From positions 62,001 to 126,000 of the forward strand of contig CDMY01000248.1 of NCBI GenBank assembly GCA_001179505.1: 64,000 nucleotides of DNA, given 5' to 3'. A program made the translations under genes and the position numbers. Each line of letters opens with the position of its first letter. The stretch's first letter is position 1. A model generated the notes under the pieces. The model made no database searches. It saw only the letters and a program-made list of their open reading frames with translations, and was not told the origin of the DNA. Shown here piece after piece: positions 52,401 through 64,000 of this stretch. Source of the stretch: Vitrella brassicaformis CCMP3155. Taxonomy: Eukaryota > Protista > Chromerida.

Positions 52401-54835
52401 GTCCTGTGACGGGCACCAGCACAATTTGTAGATGCCTTGAATCAGCCGGTTGCCCCTGAAGCAATCAGCAATATCACTTTGAGAAAGCGATCGAAGGTAT
52501 TTCACTCCGCATGTGTGTGCTTACGGAGGAAAGTAGAATGGCCAAGTGTACGTGTTGATGTACTTGACAGCCACCTGAGGATTCACCTGCACTCAGAGAC
52601 GCGACACCTGCATCTATTTCAACCCTCCCTGTTGCTGCGTGCCGTGTCTCTCTCACCGCTTCGATGGTCTCTGTCACATTGGGTCTCGTGTAGGTCAGCA
52701 GTGTCGCTGTCGTCCCACACTCGACCGCCGGATAGTTGGCCGTCGTCCCATCCCCTATGATGACCATCCAGTCGCCGGCAGCCAACCCCAGCCCTCCCCT
52801 GTAGCCCGGCGGTACGCGATTGGTGCTGTTGTACTCGAACGAGTCTATGGCCAGGTTGCATGGCTGCGTCGACACGCCACAGAAGGAGGAATGGAGAGCG
52901 TTCATGGCAGGACCTGCATCAATGGTCGTTCAGAGTCAGAGATGGCAAGCCTTCGACATCTCTCCTGCCAACCTCTGGTTTTGAGGGTTCCCGCTTTGAA
53001 TGGGTATCGAGTTGGGAATATGGTGTCACCAGTGAGACGAGCGCAGTGATTCGCCGTGTACGTCCCACCAGGGCAGTAACACAGCGCATAGAAGCTGAAA
53101 ACACAAAGTACTAAGGTTTCGTCTCGCATGAATGACAGCGCTTACGCAGGATCGACGTCCATGGCTGCCGATGTGAGCGGCAGTGTGTCGCTGGCATGCT
53201 GCACTGTGTAAGTGTAAGTGCCAGCCGTCGCGTCGGTGATGCCCACTGAATAAACAGGAAATCAGACGCCTTAATCCGCGTCTGTGTCTCCTGCAAGTCA
53301 CTCAATCGGTGTGGCAACGCTGGCCGACAAGTTGCCTGCTGACAACATTCGATATGTTGACGTACTGCACCTCTCCACTACTGCTGCACGCCGTGCCATA
53401 CTCCTGGCTCGACGTGCTGTTGATGAAGACAGCCAGATAATCATCCGGAGGCTGCAGAGCTGTCAAAAACAAAAACAAACAAACAAACAAACAAGAGAAA
53501 GGCATTAAGAACAAAAGCCATGCGAGACACAGCCAAGATGCCTTTTTCTCCCTGTCGACATACCATTGCTCACGTCTACGACGCTGTTCACAATCTGTCC
53601 CCCCTTCTCGGCCACATTCTTGCCCTGGGACACGCTGAAGTAGAAGCTCACGGTGTCGATTTTGAAGTTGCACCCGTACCCCACTGGACACGTGTGCATC
53701 ATGTTGGGTGTGGTCTGAAAGCCGGCCACTTGGAGGAGCATGCCGATGTCCACAGCATAACGGGCGGCATTAGTGGATACGACAGATGATCGCCTCTTGC
53801 ATGCGCCAAGGTCGTTCAGACAGATGCACAGTGAATAGAAACTGAAAGGAAGAAAAGAATTGCTCTTTTTCGCGTTGTGCTATGCATGCCTACATACCCT
53901 GGGTATCTGATGGCGATGTGCGAGAGGGTCATTCCATTGTGGGATCCCTCATGGAAGCCAATCTCACAGGTCCGCCCATTGATATTCCCACAGCGAGACG
54001 TGCCTGTCTCATACCAGAAAGGAGGCAACGGACATTTCAGAGACATGACGCTCCCTTCCTCCCATCACCGATAGGCCTCTCTCCGACAGATTCGGGCTCG
54101 CCGAACCAGAGGTCCTCCGGCGAGGACGGGGGAAAGGGAGGTGATGTGGCCGCCTTGACGAGCAGCTGCTCTCCATTCCATGTGCCAAAGGTCTTGCGGC
54201 TCGGCGAACACCTGGGGGCGAGGAAAAGGACGAGAATCGAGAGAAAAGAGCCTTGTGGTGTTGCCTGCCCACCCGACGTTGGCTGGCTCGATGACGATGC
54301 CGTCTTCAGTGGTGAAGTTGTGAATAGGGTCACGATTTTCCATTGATATGGTGAAGCGAACACCTGCAGCAACCACGAAAAGAGCCTATGAATAAACCAG
54401 TCTACTTGTTAAGTCTTTGCATGTACCAGGAAATAGGGTGGTTGCATTCGATGTGACTCCCAAGTCCGTCGACTGGTAGACATTGGCCACCGTGACGCTG
54501 CCGATAGAGTCATCTGTCATGCCGAGTTGCCTCTCAAACGAGCTGCGACCGCGATACCCCTGCGACACAAAGACAAGGCCCCACTATCAACAAAAGAAAA
54601 GGATAAGCCCTTACCCCTCGCAAGAACATGAAGCCCTCATCCTCATCGTAGTCCACATAGACATCAGATGAGCCCGACCTGAGCTCAAGAGAGTTTCGAA
54701 GCGTCATCTCCTTCATTCTGGGCACAGATCTTACCCGCTGCCACAGATCGATGGCAGCCTCGACAAGAGCAGCAACGCCAAGAGCCACTGTGCGCTCCCA
54801 GACCGAGGCGCAACAGATGCCCCTGTATAAGGCAT
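46438..54835 (-). CDS. Giant (>1500 aa, >20 exons) secreted/surface protein with repeated Cys-containing beta-sandwich-like modules and a hydrophobic C-terminus
   Basis: Signal peptide (MPYTGASVAPRSGSAQWLLALLLLSRLPSICG); repeated YxLC[YW]CP motifs (~53085, 52420, 51270); many N-x-S/T sequons. Junctions at both ends were checked in phase, but not all central ones. Confidence 0.65.
47020..47097 (-). repeat. 39-bp in-frame tandem duplication (DSLEEPAEQLNTT x2)
   Basis: Two near-identical copies at 47020-47058 and 47059-47097. Confidence 0.95.
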
Positions 54836-55359
54836 GGACTCCTTCAGGAGGCCTCAACTTCCCAGATCGGCGCCATGACGCCTCAGTCAATTGACGGCCT
54901 CCACAATTGCTGAAGGATTTGAGGAAGCTGTGAGTGAGATTTTGAGACTGAATGTGGGGGCGTGGCCCCCCGCATGTTTGACAGCACGTGCATTGTGTGG
55001 TCTGAAAGCGATCATGGAGCAAAGAAGGTCAATGCATCCCATATATACGTATCAATAGCGCACCCGCCCAATGACCCCAAAAAGCAGAGACAATCCTCAT
55101 CCCCTCACCACCATATGCCGAACAGACGAGCACAGCGAGATTCTTCCATCAAGGCAGAAACGCCATCGTCGTTGTCTCGCTTCGCCCCTGTCCTACACAC
55201 ACCCATCTGATCTCTGAGGACTGTACATCTCTACAAGCAAGTACGAGGCTAAGGCCTTGGTGAAAAAACACGAGCAAAAACGGCATGAATGCATGGACCC
55301 TCGGCACCCAGACGACAAAAAACGTCCCTGTTTGCCTGCGGCAACAACACCGCAGGCCA

Positions 55360-57439
55360 CTAGAGCGTGACGCCTGTGTCCACCCCACAAAGCTTGAGCA
55401 CATTCAGGCCCGTTCCCGCCACCACCACAAAGACACCGAAGCACAGGAGGGAAGCCAGTGCGACACGCTCTAGCAGGGGGATCTGGGAGAGGAGAAAAAG
55501 CAAAAGGGAAATGAGCAAACAGGGCGCAGGAATTGCATGGTATGTTCTTGGCTCACTTTCGGTGTCATCTTCCAATAAAAGACGACCGGGAAGATGCAGC
55601 AGGTCTGCATTGAGAACAGGCACCCTGCACATGTAAACACACAGACACAACCAATGCTTGCCCAGTGTTGCGCCTTGTTTGCACCGCGCCTCCACCTGTG
55701 AAAGCCTGTATGTCAGCCACATGGTCCCGGACGAGCACCGCCAGCAGAGTGCTCACTGCCATGAAGCCAGCACGCCACAGTGTCCGGACCACTCTCGGAT
55801 CCTTCCACGCGGGGCCCTGGATGGGCGAGTCAGGCGGCGGCACTTTGTCCAGCCCCAACCACTGCTCCGTCCTGATGTGAACAGAGACACAGGGAATCGA
55901 TGATACTACCCTGCACATGAGAAGTTTCCTGTTTGCAGCTCACTTGAGCAAGAATGGGGCAGCGAAGAGGGGGAAGCCTCCTTCAAGCTTCACGACAATG
56001 GCAGCCTACAAGAACCGAGCAACACTCGACTCCCGAGTCCCTCCCATTCGCTTCTCGTCTCATGACCCTACCGTGGCAATGAGGGGCAAGAAGTGGACGC
56101 CCGGAATTTTGTGGCCCTGGAGGTCTCGCCCAAGATTCTCTGTAAAGGACTCGCCCAGACTGTCGCCATAGAAGAGGTATGCGAACAGGCCTGTCCCGCA
56201 GTAGCTGAAAAACGCCACCAGGAAGGAGAAGAAGCAGGCCAGCGGAAAGCCCCGCCGCGGCTTTCTCATGGAGGCATACACAGTGGGAAACACCGCATGA
56301 GCCACGAAACAGAAGTTGACAATGCCGATCGTCGTGGGCAGACCTGATCGATACGCCCGCCACGCACATCAGGCAGGTGTCGAATTTATCTCTCATGGTC
56401 CATGTGGCTGCTCACCTCTCCAGTTGATGAAGATTAACTCGTCCGTCGGTGCCCGCATCGGCAGGGAAGCTGCGCTCCACACGAGGGCAACGACAGCCGC
56501 AGCCGTGGCCACGTTGCTCACGAGCGACACCATTGACACCCATTGGAGAGGGCAGAAGATCAGCGCCAGCGCCAGAATGCCGCTGGAGATGATCGATACC
56601 ATGCGGCTGAGGGAGGGCACGAGTAAGTTCAAGTTGGCACCAACCAGCACCAGATATGAGATCAATACGAACCTGACAATACAAGACAATGAAAAGGCCC
56701 CTGACGACAATCATTGCGTGTGTGCCCGTGCAGCCTTCGTACCAGATCTCTAGGGTGAGCGATGCCGTGACAATGGTCTGGCCCACTTGCCCAAAAGCCA
56801 CCCGTCCAATGAGCGGCCAGTCCTGTGCTATCCTTGGTATTCGATGCTCCTTCCCGTAGTCCATTGTCCGGCTCATGCAGCGGGCAATCAAGAGGCCCGT
56901 GTACCCATAGAAGACCGTCAGGAGACCACAGAAGACCACTGAGATAAAGCCGGATGCCGCAAAGGCAAAGGGAACAGCCAGAATACCGACGCCAATTACT
57001 CCATTGGATATGGTGAAAGTCGCCTGCATCACTGTCTGGTCGGCCTCGTAGGACGATGAATCGGCCACGCTGCCGCTGCTGTCATGGCGACGGACGTGCG
57101 CAATGGGTGATAAACTCGCCTCCACACTGACAACACACAGACAGAGCCACCTATGAGCCACCCAGTGTCTGAGTCTTCCCGCTCACCTGTCGAGTGTGGT
57201 TGTCCGCCGGCCTCCCCACACTCGGAATGGTGAGTACGTGCCGAAGGCCCCGCGTGGATTGATCAAATCGTGGACAGTCGCCCTGTCGGCGTCATCCAGC
57301 TGGTCAAACACCATCATGTCGGCATCGTGCCCGTCCAGCCCATCCATGTTATGAAGTGTGTGCGCCTGCAGTTCTTGGTGGCCGTCTGAGAGGCTCCTTG
57401 GCCTCTTGGGTCCTCTGTATGGCGGCACATGGTCATCAG
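55360..57439 (-). CDS. Amino-acid transporter, Aa_trans/AAAP (AVT1-like); first exon not located
   Basis: QATFTISNGVIGVGILAVPFAFAASG, YTGLLIARC, DWPLIGRVAFG, HAVFPTVYASM, YCGTGLFAYLFYG and CCIFPVVFYWKM; about 11 TM segments. Confidence 0.9.
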
Positions 57440-57535
57440 CTGAAGCGGCGAGAAGGGGACGGGAGAGATTAGAGGAGCTGCTGGAGGGACCAGAGAGCCG
57501 ACGCAGGGAACACCTTTTCGTTCTCGTGACAATCG

Positions 57536-57555
57536 TGCGAGCTCAATGCGAGCTT
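57536..57555. promoter_or_regulatory. Paired TGCGAGCT motif between the transporter and ankyrin genes
   Basis: TGCGAGCTC at 57536-57544 and TGCGAGCTT at 57547-57555. Confidence 0.5.
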
Positions 57556-58017
57556 GGCTTCTTTAGCCGCATTTAGATAGAGCGATTCTATCGCATCGAG
57601 CTTCTCGCTGCCTCCCTGCATGAAACAAAAGCACGGATTGATAGGTGAGCACCGACCGCATCATGACCATCATGATTCATGACTGCCGCGGGTGGCAGAT
57701 GGCCACGGTCTACGGCGTGCAGCTTATCGTATCCATTCATTCACCGGCGGGCGCAAGCATGGCGGCGCTCTTCGCGAGTGACTTGCCTTCAGGTGAGGCA
57801 GCATGCCGTGTGTGGCGACGAAGATCACCTTGAAGTTCTCTCTGTTTCCATAGGACATGACAAGGTCGGCCGCGTCTGAGCGTTACCGTCTGTAGCCCAG
57901 CGTCAGGGAGCAATGCTTCGAGTACGTGACCGCCGCACAACACACTCCAGCACACTGCAACACTCCATCTGTATGGCTGGTTCTGTTGTGTGGTTCTGCG
58001 CGCAGGGCTCAAGCATC

Positions 58018-60151
58018 ATGTCGGCCGCGTCATCAGCCGGGCAGCAGCAACCGCAGCACCCGACCACCCTCAAATTCAGACAACTGCTCGCACGTACGAG
58101 ACACTGAGAAACTCTCTATGGCATGCCTCACCACACAAGCACGGACGCGTTTGTGTGTGCCTTTGCACTTTACAGACGAGAATGAGGTGTGTCCCTACCT
58201 GCTGGGCAAGGGCACCGAGTGGACGGTGACTGAGAAGGACGCCAGGGACTCGGGCGGGCGGCTCAAGGTCGAGCGCGTGCCGCACGCCGCTGTAGGCAGC
58301 CTAGTCTACGACAAGGTAGGCGTCTGTTGAAGGAGAAGGCAGACACTGTACCACACTACACTACAGTACAATGTCCACAATCCTTCTGTGTGTTTCTGCG
58401 ATGATCATCAGGATTGGCCATTGATGTCGGCCACATCATCAGCTGGGCAACAACCGCACCAGCAGCAGCAGCAGCCGCAGCAGCAGGCGATGAAGCTGAA
58501 GGCTGTCGAGATCCACCTCCCACCTGACACGAATGACGCGACGCAGCGGCTGGTGGGCGGCATCATAGTACGCACCATCACCCCTGCCGAAGTGCAGCAG
58601 CTCATCCGCCAAGGCGCCGACGCCGCCGTGTACGTCGAGCTGAGGGAGTGCCGCCGGCGCGTTGCTCTTTTGCTTTGCGTGTCTCTGCTGTCCTTGGCCA
58701 TCGACGACTGGAGCACGCCAACAGCACTCGAGGAGGAGCTTACCATCGGGCCCGAGCGACATAAAGGAGAGTTCATCTTGCCGCTATGGCCGTCGCGCGA
58801 GGTGCAGGCGGCCATCCTGTCGGCGCTGATCGACGCCATCGGACGGCCCAGGATCGACAGCCTTCCTCCGTTCCCCGGGCATCCGAGGATCACCAAGAGG
58901 AAGGGTCCCATCGAGATGGCGGTGCGAGCGGGCAACCTGACGGCCGTCAAGACACTCGTGGCCAACGGGGCCGCTCTGCGGGGGCGGCAGCTGGTCTTCC
59001 TGCCACGTTGGGTGCGCACCAGCAAGGAGTATGAGGCCGCCCTGATGGCCATCTACACCTACCTCGTCCAGCACGACCCCTCCCTCGCCACCGAGGCAAC
59101 GGCCAATGGCTATAATGTCATCCATTTGGCCGCCGGTGTGGGCCCCATCTACTCGGAGGCCTTCATCCACGCCTTCCTGCAGCTGATGAAGGACAACGGC
59201 GCCAGCCTCACTCACACCACACACCAACACGTCCATAGCAAAACGCCCCTGCACCGGGCGGCTATACAGTGCTCGTATCATGTGATCGAGTGGCTGTGTC
59301 CCCACCTCAGCCCCGCAGACATCAACGAAAGAAGCAGCGCCAACACTACCCCCCTCACCCTCGCTAGCGGGAAGGTCGCCTCTTTGGTGAGGCACGCCAC
59401 CACCCCGTCTGTGAGAGGAGAGATCAGCGGGATGAGAGGCGCCATCCGCGCGATGCTGAGGTCGGGCGCGGCCATCGACAGGGACCGACATGTTCGTCGC
59501 CTGGTGGACGGGGAGTACGTGCAGCTCCTCGAGGAGCTAGCGGATGACGTCATGGATGCGGTGAATGGTGCCCTCAAGCCCCAGCGCGACGTCGCCGACC
59601 TGCTGACGCGGCTGCTGCCCCTCGCCCGCTTCCCTCCCTCCCGCCCCAAGCCGTCTGATGCGACAGACAATGACGCCCCTGCCGCCCCTTCCAGGCCCTC
59701 CCCATTCGCCCACAGCGACGAGACGGCCCATATCGCATGGAAGGTCGGCGCCTTCCTGCACGAGCCAGAGGCCGTCGACCAGATGCACCTCACGACCCAC
59801 ACCCCACTGGCTGGCCGCGTCAAGGCCGCCATGCAGCACTTCGTCAAGTGCGCGGCGACCAAGACGGCCGGCAATCGTGAGGTCGTGGGTGTGATGGCCA
59901 ATGTGGGCGGCCGGGTGGTGCGGGTGCCGCTGCAGTGCTTCGCTGTCAACCGAGGGCAGCTTACACACAGACGGCTGGGGCTGCGTGAGGTAGTCCACAA
60001 GGCCCGGCTGGACGAGGCGGCTCGATACGGGCTGACGGGCGTCGTCAAGGACTTCAACACCCACCTGGGCAATGAGGATTGCCAGTTCGATTGGCAGCAG
60101 CTGGGATGGGTCGACGAGAGGGGGCAGTTCCAGCCGCTGGGCATCAACTAG
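58018..60151 (+). CDS. Ankyrin-repeat protein of a lineage-expanded family; possible start at 58018 (3 exons) or 58424
   Basis: Ankyrin motifs PIEMAVRAGNLTAVKTLVANGA, VIHLAAG, TPLHRAA and TPLTLA in a 587-aa ORF. The two upstream exons splice in phase. Confidence 0.82.
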
Positions 60152-61589
60152 CCGAGGGGGGCAGCACAGGGCCGTGTAGCGGGAGGTGTAGCAGGAGGGG
60201 TGGGCTGAGGTGTTGGCAGAGCGATATGGGTATGGGAGGCTTGATGTGTATAGACGGATTGTGTCTACGAGGGGCGGGGAGGGGTGCTTCATGGCCATTT
60301 CATGTGGATGCATCGCTCAGAGTGGTTGACCTCTGTGTCCGTCTGAATGAATGGAATGGCCGGATGACTGTGTGACCTCAATTCACGGCGAGCATTGCAA
60401 ACTGATATGAAGCGCACCGATACCACCAGTGTCAGCCGCACACACACACGCGCATCTGTTGTTGGTCTGTCTGTACTGCATTGTATGTCCCCCATCCCAC
60501 CCCACCCCATCCCATCAATCAAAGTGCGAAAGAGCCACTGCTTTTTGCTGCAGCCCCACGAACCATCGTTTGCAGCAAGAGCCGTGTAGCAGATAAGGGG
60601 GGGAAGAGGGAGGGATGGCGGTGTGTGTAGACTGGGTGGCTGTCCGCCGGGGTGACCGATGGCTCTATCTCTGTCTGGGGTGTACATATTGTGTGCAGTC
60701 TGATTTGTTTCGTTGGCTAGTGCAGTTCAGCCGTGGTTGATTGACTGATTTCATGCCCATGGCCACATCAGTCAGTTCAATGTCTCAGCAACCACAGGGG
60801 CCGTCCCCCACCACACCGATCCGGTACACCCGTCCAGCTATCCGAATAGGTAATGACTCGCCAACTGCCGGCGGGCCCTCCACTCAGAAATTTAAGCCAG
60901 CCAGCTTTGCAGTGCAGAAGGCCAGCTTCCCAAACGGAAATCCAGCTTTCCGGGCGGAAAGCTGACGCAAAAACGGTGCTTCAATGAACGAGAGAGCTCC
61001 TTCGGTCCTTCTGAGTTGCTGCTGCAATGAAAGTGTTGTGGGTTGCATTGCATTGGCCCGTCGACCTCGGCCGTTCAGATCATTTCTGTGAGGGAGAGAT
61101 GTCCACTCATTTATTCAGCCAAGCACTCCCGGAAACAGAGAGACATTCAGCCAATCCATTGCAAGCGAACGCACACAAGAGGGACACATACAGGGGAGGG
61201 GAGGGGGGAAGGGGGACCGCCTAGCTGCCTATCAGCGCTGTTTGTTCCACCGACCATAGTGAGTGTCTCTCGTCCGCCGGCATCCCGCGGGACAAAAGCG
61301 GGACGCAGCCGGAGAGAGGCACTCACTGTCAGACGGACACATTCGTGTATGTCTTTGTGTGTGTGTTTCTGTGGTGCCTTTTTGCGCTGGAGTCTGTCCA
61401 AAGCAGCACAGACGGCCCCAAAGCACAATCCCTCCCAAAGCACATTCTCACTCACAACACTCCATGAATCATCAATGCGAGCTACGTCTACGGATGTGAG
61501 TATGGCGATCACCTGAGAGGGGGGAGAGCACACAAACGAAAGAGCCCGTGAGTATCCATGGATGGGTGCACAGCGGCGTGGCCATGCAC

Positions 61590-62923
61590 TCACTGGTTGC
61601 TGGTTTGGTTGTTGGTGTCAGGGTCGTTCTGGTCGCCCTGGTCCAGCCCCGCATTATACGCTGCGATCATGCCCTGCTGCATGTTTTCCAGGGCCGTGGA
61701 GAGCCCTGGCATGAACGCGCTCAGCAGGCGCCCTGGGAAGCCAGCAGCAGCAGGGGGGGGGCCACCACCAGCAGCAGGGCCAGCTGCCTGCCCAGCGGCA
61801 GCGGCAGCAGCAGCCGCAACACTCTCTGCAGACATACAGACATCCATGGATTCATTCATGTGTGTGAGGAAGGAGACGTAAAGTGTGTCCGTGTATGTGT
61901 GTGTATGTGTGTGGTGGTCGAGACGCCACGCCACGCCATGCGACTCACGGCTATTGGTCTCTGCACCATGAAAAGAAAGAAAAGAGCAAAGATGAGATGC
62001 AGCCTGAGCGTCCATCCATCCATCCATCCATCCATCCATGTGAACGTACCGAGATCCTTGAGTTCTATCTGGTCGTCCTGTTCCACGACAACACACACAC
62101 CACGACGCACCGCATTCGATCGTACATAATGGGTGTTTGAATGTGTGGCTCTATCTGTGTCGCGCACCTTGGGTCTGTTGTCGTTTCTGTCCTTGATGGC
62201 CTGGCGGAACTCGTCCACGGGATTCTGTGGCCCTCCCTGCACCAACACCACACCACACCACACCAGCCTCTCTCTCTGTGTCCAGCTGTGTGTCTGTGTA
62301 TGTGGCCTAGGTACGAGCGGTTTGAGGTCTACGTCCAGGAATTCGTCATCCTCCTCCCCATCATCGTCGGTCTGGGTGAAGTGCAGTCTGACCAAACGCG
62401 TCGATCTGATTAAAGACAGAAGGAGGGGGGGACACAGACACAAGTGGACGGCTTCCCACCCTACCCAGAAGGTCTGTTACAGACCTACCTGTTGAACTCC
62501 ACCAGTTTGAGTTTATCGAAGAGGATGCGCTGCTTGAACTTGGACGACACTACACACACAGACAGACAAGAGATGGCTGCACGTGTCTCTACGTGTCAAT
62601 TTCTGGCATACCGAAGTCGATGCGCGAATCCGAAAACTCAACACGACCCTGACCGACACAGACAGACAAAGCCAGCCGATGCACCACACCCACACTGATA
62701 CGAACCAGCCCCAGCCACGCCACGATACACGCAAGGCCTTCTCACCTCCACCCTCTCGGCCATCCCCGGGGGAAGAACCTCAGCCTCTAGCTTGGGATTG
62801 CTGCATGGGTCAACAGACGACAAGAGTGTCACTCAGCTGCACAGGCAACCTGCCCGCATACCCCCGCCATCTCACCTGAAACTCACTGCATACCCCCGCC
62901 ATCTCACCTGAAACTCACTGCAT

Positions 62924-62957
<34 letters not shown>

Positions 62958-64000
62958 TGGATGGTGTACAGAAAGATCGCCATGTGTCTTCTGGCGCACG
63001 TAGCTCTTACGTGGCGCGACGTAGGTGGAGGGAAGGAACGGCCCACCTGACACGAGAGCAGAGGAAACGTGTGTGTGTCGGTCTGGACATGTGTGCAATG
63101 ACTACTACCCATGTCGATGCTGGAGTTGCGATACGAGGAGGGTGAACTGGAACCTGACACAATAAAATCACACACACACACACACATTCACAAGTGTGAG
63201 AAGTCATCTCGTCTGCATGCCATCCGTAAGCTCACGTAGCATGTCGGCCGTGGAGTTGCACTGGAAGCTGCTCGAGGCACTCGGGCTATCGCTGTCCGCG
63301 GGGGAATCCTTGGGCAGCGAATAGATCTGAATGTCCGCCCCCGTCTTGTTGAAGGTCCGAACACTCTCGAGCAGCAATTCCACATCCTAATTGCCAAGAG
63401 ATACGAAGCGCATCCATCCACTGTCACGCATGTGTGGCGTGTGGGCTTCTGGGGTGCTCACTTCGAGGTTGTGAAATTTGATGTCGAGACCGGGAAGGCC
63501 TTTGTCGATATGATTCACGACCACATCCCTGGATAAGGACACGCACGTACACCATCAGGGATACAACATGGATGTGGCTGGGTGTGGGTGGGTGTGGCGC
63601 TGCTTACTTCGGTGACATGATGCTGGTGTTGCCGACACTGCGGAGCCCTCCATATCCGACAAAGAACGCATCTGCAGGAGAATGACGTGTCTCTCTGTGT
63701 ATGCACCCGTGTGTGTGTGGGTGGGGGGGGAGGGGGGTGGGGTGCACCTCGGTGTGTGCTTGGGTAGAAGATGAAGAATGAGTTGTCGATGATGAGCAGC
63801 CCCTGCAGCACGCAGACAGACACACGTACAGACGCAGTGGTGGAAAAGATGGTCTCGTTGGCATACACACCGGGGTCCAGCCAGATTTGATTTCGTACGA
63901 CTTTGAGGTCTTCGGGGGCACCATCTCGAGTATCTCCACGCGAGCCGTCACCAAATCAGCACCACCACCACCACCAGCAGCTGACACACAGCCACAGGGC
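61590..64000 (-). CDS. 3' part of a multi-exon hypothetical protein (many short exons; acidic and Ala/Gly-rich C-terminus), 5' end beyond the window
   Basis: Coding-like exons bounded by splice sites: EILEMVPPKTSKSYEIKS, GLLIIDNSFFIF, DVELLLESVRTF, SKFKQRILFDKLKLVEFNR, DDDGEEDDEFLDVDLKP and ...NNQTSNQ*. Confidence 0.6.
62856..62923. repeat. Perfect 32-bp tandem duplication containing splice-site-like sequence
   Basis: GCATACCCCCGCCATCTCACCTGAAACTCACT occurs at 62856-62887 and 62888-62919. Confidence 0.95.

Noticed and set aside
58408-60313. Long antisense or alternate-frame ORFs (also 42124-42984, 36906-37637, 2867-3577, 15932-16606)
   Set aside because: These are shadow ORFs expected opposite GC3-rich coding sequence; no motifs or splice support.
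61059-61095. GTCGAC...TTCAGATCATTTCTGT resembles U3 snoRNA box A
   Set aside because: Box A' (TACTT) and the downstream B, C and D boxes were not found; probably chance.

Overview
Eukaryotic nuclear DNA: GC-rich, gene-dense and intron-rich. Introns are short (about 50-150 nt), GT-AG, and full of (GT)n/(GTCT)n/(GCCT)n microsatellites. The style and gene content (PAN/apple adhesin modules, expanded ankyrin and RING families) suggest a chromerid alveolate such as Vitrella brassicaformis; this is inference, not a database match. About 20 spliced protein-coding genes were reconstructed by hand: SDR, subtilisin-EGF protease, GDP-mannose 4,6-dehydratase, catalytically degenerate PNKP-type phosphatase, METTL24-like methyltransferase, tandem-CDGSH protein, bacterial-type cytochrome b561 with a presequence, PAN/GH16 glucanase, WTAP, helical+RING protein, TGS1-like methyltransferase, GT11-like glycosyltransferase, RRM protein, kinesin-14, DUF2470-like membrane protein, a giant secreted Cys-repeat protein, amino-acid transporter, ankyrin protein and two hypotheticals. 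No rRNA, tRNA, CRISPR array or transposase was found. The most notable non-catalogue signal is that many genes form head-to-head pairs with 64-430 nt spacers, and these spacers repeatedly carry a TGCGAGCT(T) motif, usually as a closely spaced pair. Two genes carry apparent single-nucleotide lesions. Exon boundaries were traced by eye and some 5' ends are uncertain.
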